A stretch of DNA of 64,000 nt from an uncultured bacterium (lineage in GTDB: Bacteria > Chlamydiota > Chlamydiia > Chlamydiales > SM23-39): positions 112 to 64,111 of the forward strand of contig CAYWDE010000001.1 in NCBI GenBank assembly GCA_964456885.1. Direction: 5' to 3'. Position 1 is the stretch's first letter; every line of letters starts with the position of its first letter. This document shows, one piece after another, positions 43,899-52,740 of the stretch. The notes beneath the pieces were generated by a model. That model ran no database searches and had not been told where the DNA came from. It saw only the letters and a list, made by a program, of their open reading frames with translations. A program made the translations under genes and the position numbers.

Positions 43899-44628
43899 GA
43901 TGGCCCTCTTCCTCTAGTTGCATTTCAATATTTCTTTCAAGATCGCTTACAGAGATAAGTCCAGCGCCTACTGGGAATGCCTTGTTTTCAAAGGGATTAA
44001 CGACAAAGAAAGAGGGGGTTGCTTCGACTCCTATATTCTGACTCATCCCCTTATCAATCTCGAAATCTTTGAGATTTTTCAATCCATACCCATCAAGAGA
44101 AATTGCCTTAACGGTCCAATTGTTTATCGAGGCAAAAAGATGGCCAATTTCAGCGGCTTTTTCAGAGAAGGGGTCCTTCCCTCGGAAGAAAAATAAAAGG
44201 AACCACGAATTTGATAAGTCTTGCAAGAGAGCTTTTCGTTGATTGAGATCAATATCCCGTTTTGCAAGAAGCCCGTAGCTAGTCGTTGGATTCAAAAGAA
44301 AATCTCCGAGAGCGGGTTTTTGCAAAAGGATCTTGCCCCATGCATCAGCGAATTGAGCGCTTTGATTGACCCATCTCCCCTGCTCGCGAAGGTAATTCTC
44401 CACATTCTCAGAGGTAGGGACCAGTAGTGCTAATGAAAGAAGCTTTTTAAGTTGCCTTTTTTCAAGCTCCAGAACTTCTTCAGCTTCATCAAGGGAAGGG
44501 GCTTTTCCTATGGCCTCCTCCATTTCCTGCTCCTGGAAGTAATACCAGCCTTCTAGCTTTTGCTCATACCAGGTGGCCGCTTGTAGGATCCCGATACAAA
44601 GAGTGGCGAAAATAAGTTTAAGAGCCAT
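43891..44628 (-). CDS. traF: F-type TraF (thioredoxin-fold pilus assembly protein without CxxC)
   Basis: EGWYYFQEQ. FLLFFFRGKDPFSEKAAEI. GVEATPSFFVVNP. Confidence 0.85.
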   Translation of the reverse strand: MALKLIFATLCIGILQAATWYEQKLEGWYYFQEQEMEEAIGKAPSLDEAEEVLELEKRQLKKLLSLALLVPTSENVENYLREQGRWVNQSAQFADAWGKILLQKPALGDFLLNPTTSYGLLAKRDIDLNQRKALLQDLSNSWFLLFFFRGKDPFSEKAAEIGHLFASINNWTVKAISLDGYGLKNLKDFEIDKGMSQNIGVEATPSFFVVNPFENKAFPVGAGLISVSDLERNIEMQLEEEGHHE

Positions 44629-46318
44629 TTTTGATCATCTCTTGTTGTTGGACAGCTTTATCGGTGTTTATTTTCCCTTCCGACTGTCCGGTTGATTGCA
44701 AATGATCTATAGTGGATCGAACCTTGTTCAAAAGTTCTTCTTTGTCGATTGTAAGATCTTCAATGACATCAGAAAGATCAATCTTGGTGAAATCGACTTG
44801 TTGCAGTTCAGACAAAGAGAATCCACGGCATTCAGGAGCCTCAGCTTTGCCCCATTTGATTCCTAGCTGCTCTCTCCCCTGTTCATGGAGGATTCGGGCC
44901 AATTTCGTCGGGAAACAACAAAAAATCTGAGCTGTTTGAGTATTTAAGTTCTCTTTTTGGCTTCCTACGTGATGGCACTGCCCTGCATGCCGTCGTTCAG
45001 CGAGGGATTGCTCTTCTGAAGTACAGCGGGCTAAATAGGTAGAGACAGCCAACCCATCCATTTTCTTACAGCAGTCATAAAGCGCTCCCTGGATAAAGCT
45101 GCATTGGCACTGCATTCTTTCTCCTCGAAAGATCTCCACATCCGCTCCAAACTCACGACCAGACTTTTCTAACTCGTTTTTGATATCAGAAAAAATAGAG
45201 AGGGTCGATACTGCTGTTCCGATTTCGTTGTTTTTCTCATAGGAAGAATCAAAGACCCCGCTCAATCCCCAGATCTTTTCTCCCTCGAAAATATGGGAGT
45301 CTTCGCGATGTGCTGCTTTCTTTGCCAGGTCATAGGTCTTTTCCCAAAGGTCGCATTCGCCAAAAAGGTTACTCTTCAGACACCGTTTTTTTGTAAGAAT
45401 GCCCCCTTGCGCCCGCAGTTTTGCACAGGGCGAGTCGGCATTTGGCTCGCAGGAAAAGAGTAATTGGCGGAACCAAGTATCCCGGAAGACCGCTTGCCCT
45501 TCGATCATTCGCACCCCGGGCCCTTCCACCACTTGCGAATAGAGAAGTTTGCAGCTGGGATTCCCCTCCACTACAGATAGGCTCTCAGGATAGTCTGTCT
45601 CCCAAAGATCTGTTTCGCTAGCAGATTGAATTAGATTCTCTTCTATAAGATAGCTCCGGCAATTGGTCGAATTGTCTTTATGCTTCCATTGGGAAACCAC
45701 AGCATATTTCTTGAATCCAACAACCTCTGAAATATTCGCATTGAAGGATTTTAAGGTGAGATCTTTAGAGAGTTCTTTTTTAATCCTCTTTAATTCGCCT
45801 TCAGCGCTGGATTCCCAAAAGAAATGTTCCGATAATTGAAAATGCCCTTTACAACTTTTGATCTGTTCCTTTACAGCAGGAAGTGCCTGTGCAATCCTCT
45901 TTTGCAGAAAAGTAATCTGATAGTTGCCCTCTTCCTGGCATACGCCTAATTTTTCCTCTTGGGGGATAGTTTGAGTCTGAGCGGATATCACTCCGATGTT
46001 TGCATTCGGATTGTCTAAAACAGCCTGGCTCAGCTGAAAGAGGGTTTCTGTCCCTTCAAACTGCTTTCTTTTAGCGGAGACAGCAGTAAATTGCTCGATC
46101 TCTTTGGATTTTATATTGCTAAGATCGAATTCTTTCCCCTTGTCTTTCTCTGGAAGCGCATCATCTTTTCCAAATTCCGAAGTCCAGCCGCCTTCAAGCC
46201 AATGCTTCACCTGCTCCTTTCCCCAAGCTTGATCCTCTTTAACTTGGCGCTTATCAGCGCTAATCAGGCTCATTGGGAAATAGATTAAAAGAGAGAATGC
46301 TAAAAACTTCTTCATCAT
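44618..46318 (-). CDS. traN: F-type TraN (Cys-rich outer-membrane mating-pair stabilisation protein)
   Basis: C-terminal GQCHHVGS...IFCCFPTKLARILHEQGREQLGIKWGKAEAPECRGFSLSELQQVDFTKIDLSD matches the conserved TraN tail. Confidence 0.9.
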   Translation of the reverse strand: MMKKFLAFSLLIYFPMSLISADKRQVKEDQAWGKEQVKHWLEGGWTSEFGKDDALPEKDKGKEFDLSNIKSKEIEQFTAVSAKRKQFEGTETLFQLSQAVLDNPNANIGVISAQTQTIPQEEKLGVCQEEGNYQITFLQKRIAQALPAVKEQIKSCKGHFQLSEHFFWESSAEGELKRIKKELSKDLTLKSFNANISEVVGFKKYAVVSQWKHKDNSTNCRSYLIEENLIQSASETDLWETDYPESLSVVEGNPSCKLLYSQVVEGPGVRMIEGQAVFRDTWFRQLLFSCEPNADSPCAKLRAQGGILTKKRCLKSNLFGECDLWEKTYDLAKKAAHREDSHIFEGEKIWGLSGVFDSSYEKNNEIGTAVSTLSIFSDIKNELEKSGREFGADVEIFRGERMQCQCSFIQGALYDCCKKMDGLAVSTYLARCTSEEQSLAERRHAGQCHHVGSQKENLNTQTAQIFCCFPTKLARILHEQGREQLGIKWGKAEAPECRGFSLSELQQVDFTKIDLSDVIEDLTIDKEELLNKVRSTIDHLQSTGQSEGKINTDKAVQQQEMIKNGS

Positions 46319-47208
46319 TAATATGCCGTTTGCCCATCAGGGACCGGAGTTAAAAAATACACCTCTTTTGCGAGTTGGGTTTCTGTAACTGTCGGGGAGT
46401 GGTTGATCGTAAAAATCACTAAAGGCGCAGGTAAATGGTCAGACTCCCTAATCCAGGGAAATTCAATCACTAACTTATCTTTCCCTCTGCGCACTTTATA
46501 AGATACGTTCCCGTTTGGAATTTCGGAATCTTTCCAAAGAACAAGAGAAGATACCTTCCCGGATTTCGAAGCAATAAATGTTCTGTTCATAGAACCCGGA
46601 TCTCCCTCACCTAATTCCCCCTTAGCTTTTACATAGATTTTTTCTCCGGGCATTAGATTTTCTATATCGAATAGATAACCTAGCGGATTCACATAATGCA
46701 TGGTGACTTTCATCTCATCCATAAACGCTGGCTCAACTGGGTAGGGAAGATAAAAAGCAGCATTGGTAGTCTCTTCCTTAAGATCTAGAAAAAGAAACTG
46801 GGAAGGCTCCCCCCTTTCAAAACCACCAATTATAAGAGGCTCGCAAGTCCCTATAGGGGCATCTCCCTTGCCGTTACGAAGGATTTTTCCGTCCCCTAGA
46901 TGTGCGCCTTCGAAAACGTCAATGGTCCTCCCTACCGCATTCCGGTGAGTAATTTTAAATTTTCTGCCATTTGGAATCCCATCAGCACGTAGGAAATATG
47001 TGGGAATCATCCCATTTTTGGAAGGGAGATCTACCCCTTTCGTAATCGTTAAAGAATACTTTTCTGAAGGTTTTTCATTTTCCCCATATAAAAGCTGAAG
47101 GAATTGAGCACAATTCTCAGGTGTAAGCATAGGACAGTTTGAAAGGTCGGCCGCGCAAGAGTAACTCGTAGAAGCTAATGTCATGATCAATATCGTAAAA
47201 AATCTCAT
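46318..47208 (-). CDS. exported protein of unknown function embedded in the tra operon
   Basis: Signal peptide MTLASTSYSCA. TAATG overlap with the traN start, and 8 bp after the traU stop. No motif recognised. Confidence 0.65.
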   Translation of the reverse strand: MRFFTILIMTLASTSYSCAADLSNCPMLTPENCAQFLQLLYGENEKPSEKYSLTITKGVDLPSKNGMIPTYFLRADGIPNGRKFKITHRNAVGRTIDVFEGAHLGDGKILRNGKGDAPIGTCEPLIIGGFERGEPSQFLFLDLKEETTNAAFYLPYPVEPAFMDEMKVTMHYVNPLGYLFDIENLMPGEKIYVKAKGELGEGDPGSMNRTFIASKSGKVSSLVLWKDSEIPNGNVSYKVRRGKDKLVIEFPWIRESDHLPAPLVIFTINHSPTVTETQLAKEVYFLTPVPDGQTAY

Positions 47209-47216
47209 AAATTCCT

Positions 47217-48281
47217 TTAGGGAAGGATCCCTTCTAAAGTTGTTGCTTTTACAGCTGGTTTAACCATATCCAGACAGCAGTGTTTCTTTGTCCAGATTAG
47301 ATAAACAAAATCCTCCCCGCCGTAGGGGAAGCTCTTTCCTGAGCCCCAAAACAGATCGCTTTTCCCAAGGGGTTGACAAGGGGCCTTTGTGTTAGCGATC
47401 GGCTGGACAAGTTGGGTTTTATAAATCGTTTTCTTGATTCTTGGCATGAGGGCCTTATCGCAGAAATTATCCTCAGCAAAGCCGAGAGCCATCCCCAATG
47501 AGTGAAGCTTGCCCAAAAGTCTATGAACTAGCAGATAGCTCGCTTGAACTGTCCCCAAATGGTGAGGAACATGGCCAACGAATGGATAAAGCGATCCCAT
47601 GCACCCAGCGCACCAGAATAGTTCGTCCATAGGAGCCCCAGCGGAAGAAGCCGCACAATCCGGAATACAAGCAACCTGGGCTAATGGATTCGAAAACAAG
47701 AAGATTTCAGGATTCAACACAGAAGCCCACTGATCGTCATCCCAAAATGGGTCAAATTCAGACAAATAGGAGACGGCCATTTCCGAGGACTCAAGACAAG
47801 AGAAGTCGGTCAGTATTCCTAGCCAGTGCAGAATAGGGAAATTGTAATAGTGGACATTATAAAAGCTAGACCTCCCAGAATCCCCTACATTTGCGATGGC
47901 TCCCCGTTTTTTAATGCCAGCTTTCGAAATTGTAGTTCCTCCCCAAGCAGTTAATTTATAGGGAGTCATCGTTACATCAATTAAAGCCGTTGGCTCCCAG
48001 AAAGCTAACGGGATCCCTAATTTCGGAGGAGTCCCTGCGCAGCTGCAAAAAGGGGTGAATTTATAATGCACAAGATCTTTATGCTCTGGAGTTACATTAG
48101 CTCCTGAGATATGAATCGGGAAAATACAGCCCCAACAGACATCCGTTATGGGGTTAACGAACTTTCCTTGTTCAGCAGAGCTAGAGGAATTCCAAAGAAG
48201 ACAACAGCCTAAAAACACATAGTGGATGGTCTTCGAATTTGTCCAACGTTGGACAAATTTCGTATACTCAATGGTCAACAT
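47217..48281 (-). CDS. traU: F-type TraU
   Basis: GKFVNPITDVCWGCIFPIHISG and FCSC motifs. ATG at 48281 (track start 48290 is GTG). Confidence 0.9.
   Translation of the reverse strand: MLTIEYTKFVQRWTNSKTIHYVFLGCCLLWNSSSSAEQGKFVNPITDVCWGCIFPIHISGANVTPEHKDLVHYKFTPFCSCAGTPPKLGIPLAFWEPTALIDVTMTPYKLTAWGGTTISKAGIKKRGAIANVGDSGRSSFYNVHYYNFPILHWLGILTDFSCLESSEMAVSYLSEFDPFWDDDQWASVLNPEIFLFSNPLAQVACIPDCAASSAGAPMDELFWCAGCMGSLYPFVGHVPHHLGTVQASYLLVHRLLGKLHSLGMALGFAEDNFCDKALMPRIKKTIYKTQLVQPIANTKAPCQPLGKSDLFWGSGKSFPYGGEDFVYLIWTKKHCCLDMVKPAVKATTLEGILP
48236..48259. repeat. P-box copy 6 (24-bp perfect palindrome AATTTGTCCAACGTTGGACAAATT) in the first codons or leader of traU
   Basis: Read directly. Translates as FVQRWTN. 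Confidence 0.95.
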
Positions 48282-48317
48282 CTTATGCACACGTGATGCT
48301 TATTTAATCTGATTAAT

Positions 48318-48346
48318 CTAATATGCTATTGATGTCTTTTTGTCAA
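48318..48346 (-). promoter_or_regulatory. sigma70-like promoter, copy B (TTGACA-17 nt-TATTAG on the minus strand) upstream of traU
   Basis: -35 at 48346-48341, -10 at 48323-48318. Part of a ~73-bp block (48287-48360) duplicated at 63229-63301. Confidence 0.6.
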
Positions 48347-48495
48347 ATCATCTATAAAGAGCCCGAGAATCTCTCTATTTTTAACCTAAATGGCATAAGC
48401 TTGTGTTTTTCTGGACAATAAAAGACTCTTTCTTTAGGGGTTAATTAAAAGCAAATTCTAGATTTCCTGTCCGCAGCTACGGAGAATGATTTTAA

Positions 48496-48702
48496 ATGAT
48501 GGAAATCAGGAGAAAAGAGGGTCTTGTGGCAAAGAAGGTTTTATCAGTTATTTTGATTATTGTAGGTCTGTTTTTTACGTTAATCCCCCATTCTGTGCAC
48601 CTTTTGTTCGGGCTGAATGTGCCACACATGTACCACGTTATTTTTGGATTGATTGCAGGTGGGATTGGCGCCTACCTTATGTTCGGTAAAAAGAGCAAAT
48701 GA
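48496..48702 (+). CDS. small 2-TM His-containing membrane protein, hypothetical
   Basis: 68 aa. HSVHLLFG and PHMYH. First gene of the metal island. Confidence 0.45.
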   Translation: MMEIRRKEGLVAKKVLSVILIIVGLFFTLIPHSVHLLFGLNVPHMYHVIFGLIAGGIGAYLMFGKKSK

Positions 48703-48737
48703 TCCATGCATTTAAAAAACAAGACAAGGAGCTTTAA

Positions 48738-49046
48738 ATGAATTCATACAAAATAATTATGAATATGGGAATATTCATATGTTTAACTTTTTTCCCATCT
48801 GTACATGCTATGGCGGGGACTCAACTAGCTCAAATGGACATGAAAGGAGTATGCGAGAATTTATCTCCAGAAATGCAACAATTTGCTAATAAATTAAATA
48901 TGAAGAACAAAATGCTGTTTTGTAGCGAATTTACTGATTCTCAAAGAACCCAAGCAATGCAAATGGCTGCTGGTACTGGTAGTTATAAAAACTCAAAAAT
49001 GTCACCTAATAAAAGTGTAGAAACAATTGCAGCTAAGATTAAATGA
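48738..49046 (+). CDS. small exported protein, paralog of 52741-53073
   Basis: Signal peptide FFPSVHA. MLFCSEFTDSQRTQAMQMA aligns with KIFCEDFNDAQRQQAMQIA. Confidence 0.6.
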   Translation: MNSYKIIMNMGIFICLTFFPSVHAMAGTQLAQMDMKGVCENLSPEMQQFANKLNMKNKMLFCSEFTDSQRTQAMQMAAGTGSYKNSKMSPNKSVETIAAKIK

Positions 49047-49106
49047 GATTTTTAAGGACTTTCATAATCAACAAACTTCCGCAGAGTAGAACTATCTGTA
49101 TTATAC

Positions 49107-49135
49107 CTCGGCCCTAAAAAGGCCGAGATTTTCTT
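49107..49135 (+). terminator. Rho-independent terminator (CTCGGCC-CTAAAAA-GGCCGAG followed by ATTTTCTT)
   Basis: 7-bp GC-rich stem plus a T-rich tail, between convergent genes. Confidence 0.65.
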
Positions 49136-49150
49136 CGCTAATCAGTAAAA

Positions 49151-49393
49151 TTAAGAAGTTTGACCACTACATTTACTTCCACAATAGCAGGTATCGCCAC
49201 ATTGGCAATTTTGTCCACACTGGCAAGTTTGAGAAGCACATTTGCGGCCTGTCTTAGAAAAGCATCCACAATTTTTTTCTTTTGTGCATGTACAGGATTG
49301 ACAAGGACAATTAGGTCTAGCTACCGCTGGTGCGGCTGAAAGCGAACTAATTACCATAAGAGAAGCACCTAAAAAGGTGACCAATGTTTTCAT
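49151..49393 (-). CDS. exported Cys-rich (metallothionein-like) small protein
   Basis: Signal peptide MVISSLSA-AP. The ~56-residue mature part has 14 Cys in CxC/CxxC arrays (CPCQSCTCT...CQCGQNCQCGDTCYCGSKC). Confidence 0.7.
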   Translation of the reverse strand: MKTLVTFLGASLMVISSLSAAPAVARPNCPCQSCTCTKEKNCGCFSKTGRKCASQTCQCGQNCQCGDTCYCGSKCSGQTS

Positions 49394-49497
49394 TTATATC
49401 CTCTTTTTTCTTTTTACTATACTCCTGTATGGTATATTTAAATAAAAATTATGTCAATTTCTGGGGAATTTATTTCGGAGTTAAACTAAGAGAACTC

Positions 49498-51243
49498 CTA
49501 TTGAGAGTGATGATCGCTTTTACTAGGCTCTTTACTCAAATATTGGATCCAAAGCCCCTTACCTCGAGTTACCAGCCCGCCGTATTCGGCTGTAACGCTG
49601 ATCAAAATTAAGTTGATCAAGCTGAGGGATACGAAAACATAGGCCGAAAATACCCTCCTCTTTCTGATCACATAGCCTCTAAAAAACGCATGCCCTAGGC
49701 TATAGGCCAATGTGCTAAGAGCCCAGTTCCTATGAAGGAGAATATAAGGGTTGTCGTGGTGACCTAGCTTCGATGCATATAAACCTGTAATCACAGTTAA
49801 GACAGATAAACCTGCAGCAATCACAACTACCCAATTAGAAAGGGCATAAAAAGGCTCTTTCCCTATACCTACTAAAAACAGAAAATCAAGAACAAAGGCT
49901 ACAAAAAAAAGAACAATAGGAAAATGGAGAAGAACAGGATGGAGATCTCCTATATTCAATCCTTTTGATTCATGTGTATGGCTTTTTTGTGTATTCTCTG
50001 GTTGCATCGTCTCTTTTTTCATATCCATTTGCTTTTGATCATGATGCATCATCCCAGAAGGAACTTCTGGTTTTATTGGAGCTGGAGACGCTTTATCTAG
50101 TTGGCCATACCAGCCTGGATCCAGATAATTAGTAATCCCTTCGCGCACCTTGACAACCGTAAACATTCCACTCATCTCAATCATTCCAAAGGGTCCAGGA
50201 GAGCCAAAAGGGAGAAAATTATTAGGTCTTTGCATATGATGACTCATCTCAAACATCTCCCCCATGCCATTCTCTCCCATTGGCATATAGTCAGGGAAAA
50301 TCGTTTGAATTTTTTCAGCCAATTCTCCTTGATCGACCCCGAGCATATTGGGAATATCATGTTCCATACCACTCATCATATGATGGGTTTTATGGCAATG
50401 AAGAGCCCAATCCCCAGGCTCATCAGCAATAAATTCAACATCATGAGTATTTCCTACGACGACATCGATGGTATTCCCAAAATATTGGGCACTCTTGGGA
50501 ATTCTTGAACCTCCAAACCCAGTGACAGTAAAAGTAAACCCATGCAAATGAATAGGATGATTATCCATACTCAAATTGGCAAATCGGAGGCGAACTCTCT
50601 CTCCTTTTTTTACTACTAATGGGTCAGATCCTGGATAAATCTTTCCATTGAAAGTAAAATAATTAAAGTCGAGCATAACCATAGGATCAGGGGTAGAAGC
50701 TCCAGGAGGAATAGCCCACTCATGGACAAAAATAGCAAAATCCCGATCGATAGAAGGCGACTCTGGTTTTTTAGGATGGATGATAAAAAAACCCATCATA
50801 CCCATTCCAATCTGCGTTATTTCATCAAAGTGTGGGTGGTACATGTAAGTACCATGCTGTTTTAAGGTGAATTCATAGGTGAATGTCTTTCCTGGAGGAA
50901 TAGGAGCCTGGTTAAGCCCTGTCACCCCATCCATTGCATTGGGAAGAAGAATCCCATGCCAGTGAACGGTTGTCGGTTCTGAAAGATTATTGGTCACTAA
51001 AATCCTGACCCTCTCTCCTTCTACCGCCTCAATCGTTGGACCTGGAGCACTCCCATTATAACCCCAACAATTGATTACCAGTCCAGGAGCAAATTCTTGC
51101 TGTACTTCCTCTGCTACAAGGTGAAAGACTTTGACCCCGTCTTCCATAATCCAGGGAAGCTTGGCAACATTAGGAGTAATAACGGAATGACTCTCTTGCT
51201 TACTGCAACCGAAAAGTACCAAAAGGAGAAATAACCATCTCAT
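49498..51243 (-). CDS. multicopper oxidase (CopA/CueO-type) lipoprotein fused to a C-terminal DUF2231-like membrane domain
   Basis: Lipobox LFGC. Copper sites HWHGI, HPHFD, HLHG, HCHKTHHMMSGM. Met/His-rich linker. C-terminal HPVLLHFPIVLFF plus 4 TM. Confidence 0.88.
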   Translation of the reverse strand: MRWLFLLLVLFGCSKQESHSVITPNVAKLPWIMEDGVKVFHLVAEEVQQEFAPGLVINCWGYNGSAPGPTIEAVEGERVRILVTNNLSEPTTVHWHGILLPNAMDGVTGLNQAPIPPGKTFTYEFTLKQHGTYMYHPHFDEITQIGMGMMGFFIIHPKKPESPSIDRDFAIFVHEWAIPPGASTPDPMVMLDFNYFTFNGKIYPGSDPLVVKKGERVRLRFANLSMDNHPIHLHGFTFTVTGFGGSRIPKSAQYFGNTIDVVVGNTHDVEFIADEPGDWALHCHKTHHMMSGMEHDIPNMLGVDQGELAEKIQTIFPDYMPMGENGMGEMFEMSHHMQRPNNFLPFGSPGPFGMIEMSGMFTVVKVREGITNYLDPGWYGQLDKASPAPIKPEVPSGMMHHDQKQMDMKKETMQPENTQKSHTHESKGLNIGDLHPVLLHFPIVLFFVAFVLDFLFLVGIGKEPFYALSNWVVVIAAGLSVLTVITGLYASKLGHHDNPYILLHRNWALSTLAYSLGHAFFRGYVIRKRRVFSAYVFVSLSLINLILISVTAEYGGLVTRGKGLWIQYLSKEPSKSDHHSQ

Positions 51244-52592
51244 TCTTGCTTCCTTAAAAGATCAACAGATCCTCCGACGGCATAGAGCAGGTCAATTCTT
51301 GCTTTTTTGTACAGTTGTAACGCATGAATATGCTCAATTGTAGCTCGGACTTCGTTGGCTTTCAGTTCTAAAAGATCATAGATTCCAAGAGTCATTACAT
51401 TGTAATGGAGTTGTCCTAAGATCAGCTGTTCCTGAAGATTAGGGAAAATGGTCCCTTCAAAATCTTTAAGCTGAGACTGATATTTACTGGCTGTTTTGAA
51501 AAACTCTCTCACTTCTGAGCAGGCATGAACCGCTTTAGAGAGAAGTTTTTTTTGATTTTGCTCCAGTTCAGCATGATACCTCTTCTTTGCGCCTTGGCCG
51601 TGGTTGAAAATAGGCACTTCCAAGGAAATAGAAGGCCCTATTGTTGTGAACCCTTCTGGCTGTTTTTCTGAGGAGACGCCAAGTAGTAGATTGGAATAAG
51701 TCCACCATTCTTTTAATTTGGCTTTCTGGGCAATGGCATCTGTTTCTCGACGAATGGTTTCGATGTCCAGTCGGTTTTCTATAGCTGCTTTCTCCAGTGT
51801 GTTTAAATCAGGCAAATCAATATCATTTTTCCAATCAATTTCTCCGGCAATCTTCCAATGAGCTTCGTTACCAAAGACGCCTAAGAGGCGGTTCATTTTT
51901 TCTCTGGCCATTTCTAACTCGGCTTCAAACCCCTTGAATTTTTCTACGGCCTCCTCATGTTGGATTTCGTGGCCTTTTGCCTGCAATGCACTAATATTTC
52001 CCGCTTGATTTTGAAGCTTGGCTAAACTTGCAGCCAAATGGCTTAACTCTACGAGTTTTTTTTCTTCTGCTAGCTGCAGGTCTAAAGATTTAACTTCCAA
52101 CCAATTGACTTGCACTTCTTGGACTAAATCAAGGACCTTTTGTCCAATTTGAGATTCAATCACTTTGATTGCAGCTTCGGCCGCTTTTTTGCGAAAGGGG
52201 ATCAGAAAAAGGTCTAAAAAACTAATGGCTGCATCAAAAACATTACTCAAAACATATCCAGACTTATTGGGAAAGCCAACGCTAGCACTGAAAAATGGGT
52301 TCTGCATCAGCCCTGCTTCAAGCAAATCTGCATAGCCAATCTCCAGATCTTCGTAGTAAGCAAATAGTTCAGGGTTATTAACGAGGGCTAACTGCACTCC
52401 ATTTTCTTGTGTAAGGCCCTTTTTCTCAATTTCCTGCAGAAACTGTTGTTTGATTTCTTCAACCCCTTCACGCCAAACCATTTGTTTAGAAATGCGCTCT
52501 TCAATGACCTGTCTAACTGACTCAAAAGAAGTATCGCTAGATCGAGTTGAACAACTCGCGAGGAAAAGAGAACATAGAATCCATTTCTTCAT
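51240..52592 (-). CDS. outer-membrane efflux factor (TolC/NodT family) lipoprotein
   Basis: Lipobox FLASC. Two long coiled repeats typical of the OEP family. ATGA overlap with the oxidase gene. Confidence 0.7.
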   Translation of the reverse strand: MKKWILCSLFLASCSTRSSDTSFESVRQVIEERISKQMVWREGVEEIKQQFLQEIEKKGLTQENGVQLALVNNPELFAYYEDLEIGYADLLEAGLMQNPFFSASVGFPNKSGYVLSNVFDAAISFLDLFLIPFRKKAAEAAIKVIESQIGQKVLDLVQEVQVNWLEVKSLDLQLAEEKKLVELSHLAASLAKLQNQAGNISALQAKGHEIQHEEAVEKFKGFEAELEMAREKMNRLLGVFGNEAHWKIAGEIDWKNDIDLPDLNTLEKAAIENRLDIETIRRETDAIAQKAKLKEWWTYSNLLLGVSSEKQPEGFTTIGPSISLEVPIFNHGQGAKKRYHAELEQNQKKLLSKAVHACSEVREFFKTASKYQSQLKDFEGTIFPNLQEQLILGQLHYNVMTLGIYDLLELKANEVRATIEHIHALQLYKKARIDLLYAVGGSVDLLRKQE

Positions 52593-52740
52593 ACTTTTTC
52601 TGAATAAAGAAAATAAGACAAGAAAAGCAAGTGAATTTATTAGGATATTTGATTTTGGCAGTCCTTAACTTGTATAAAAAGTAAAAAGCTCCTATGTTGA
52701 AGAAAAACTTTCCTTCATAACCAAATTAAGGGAGTGTCAT

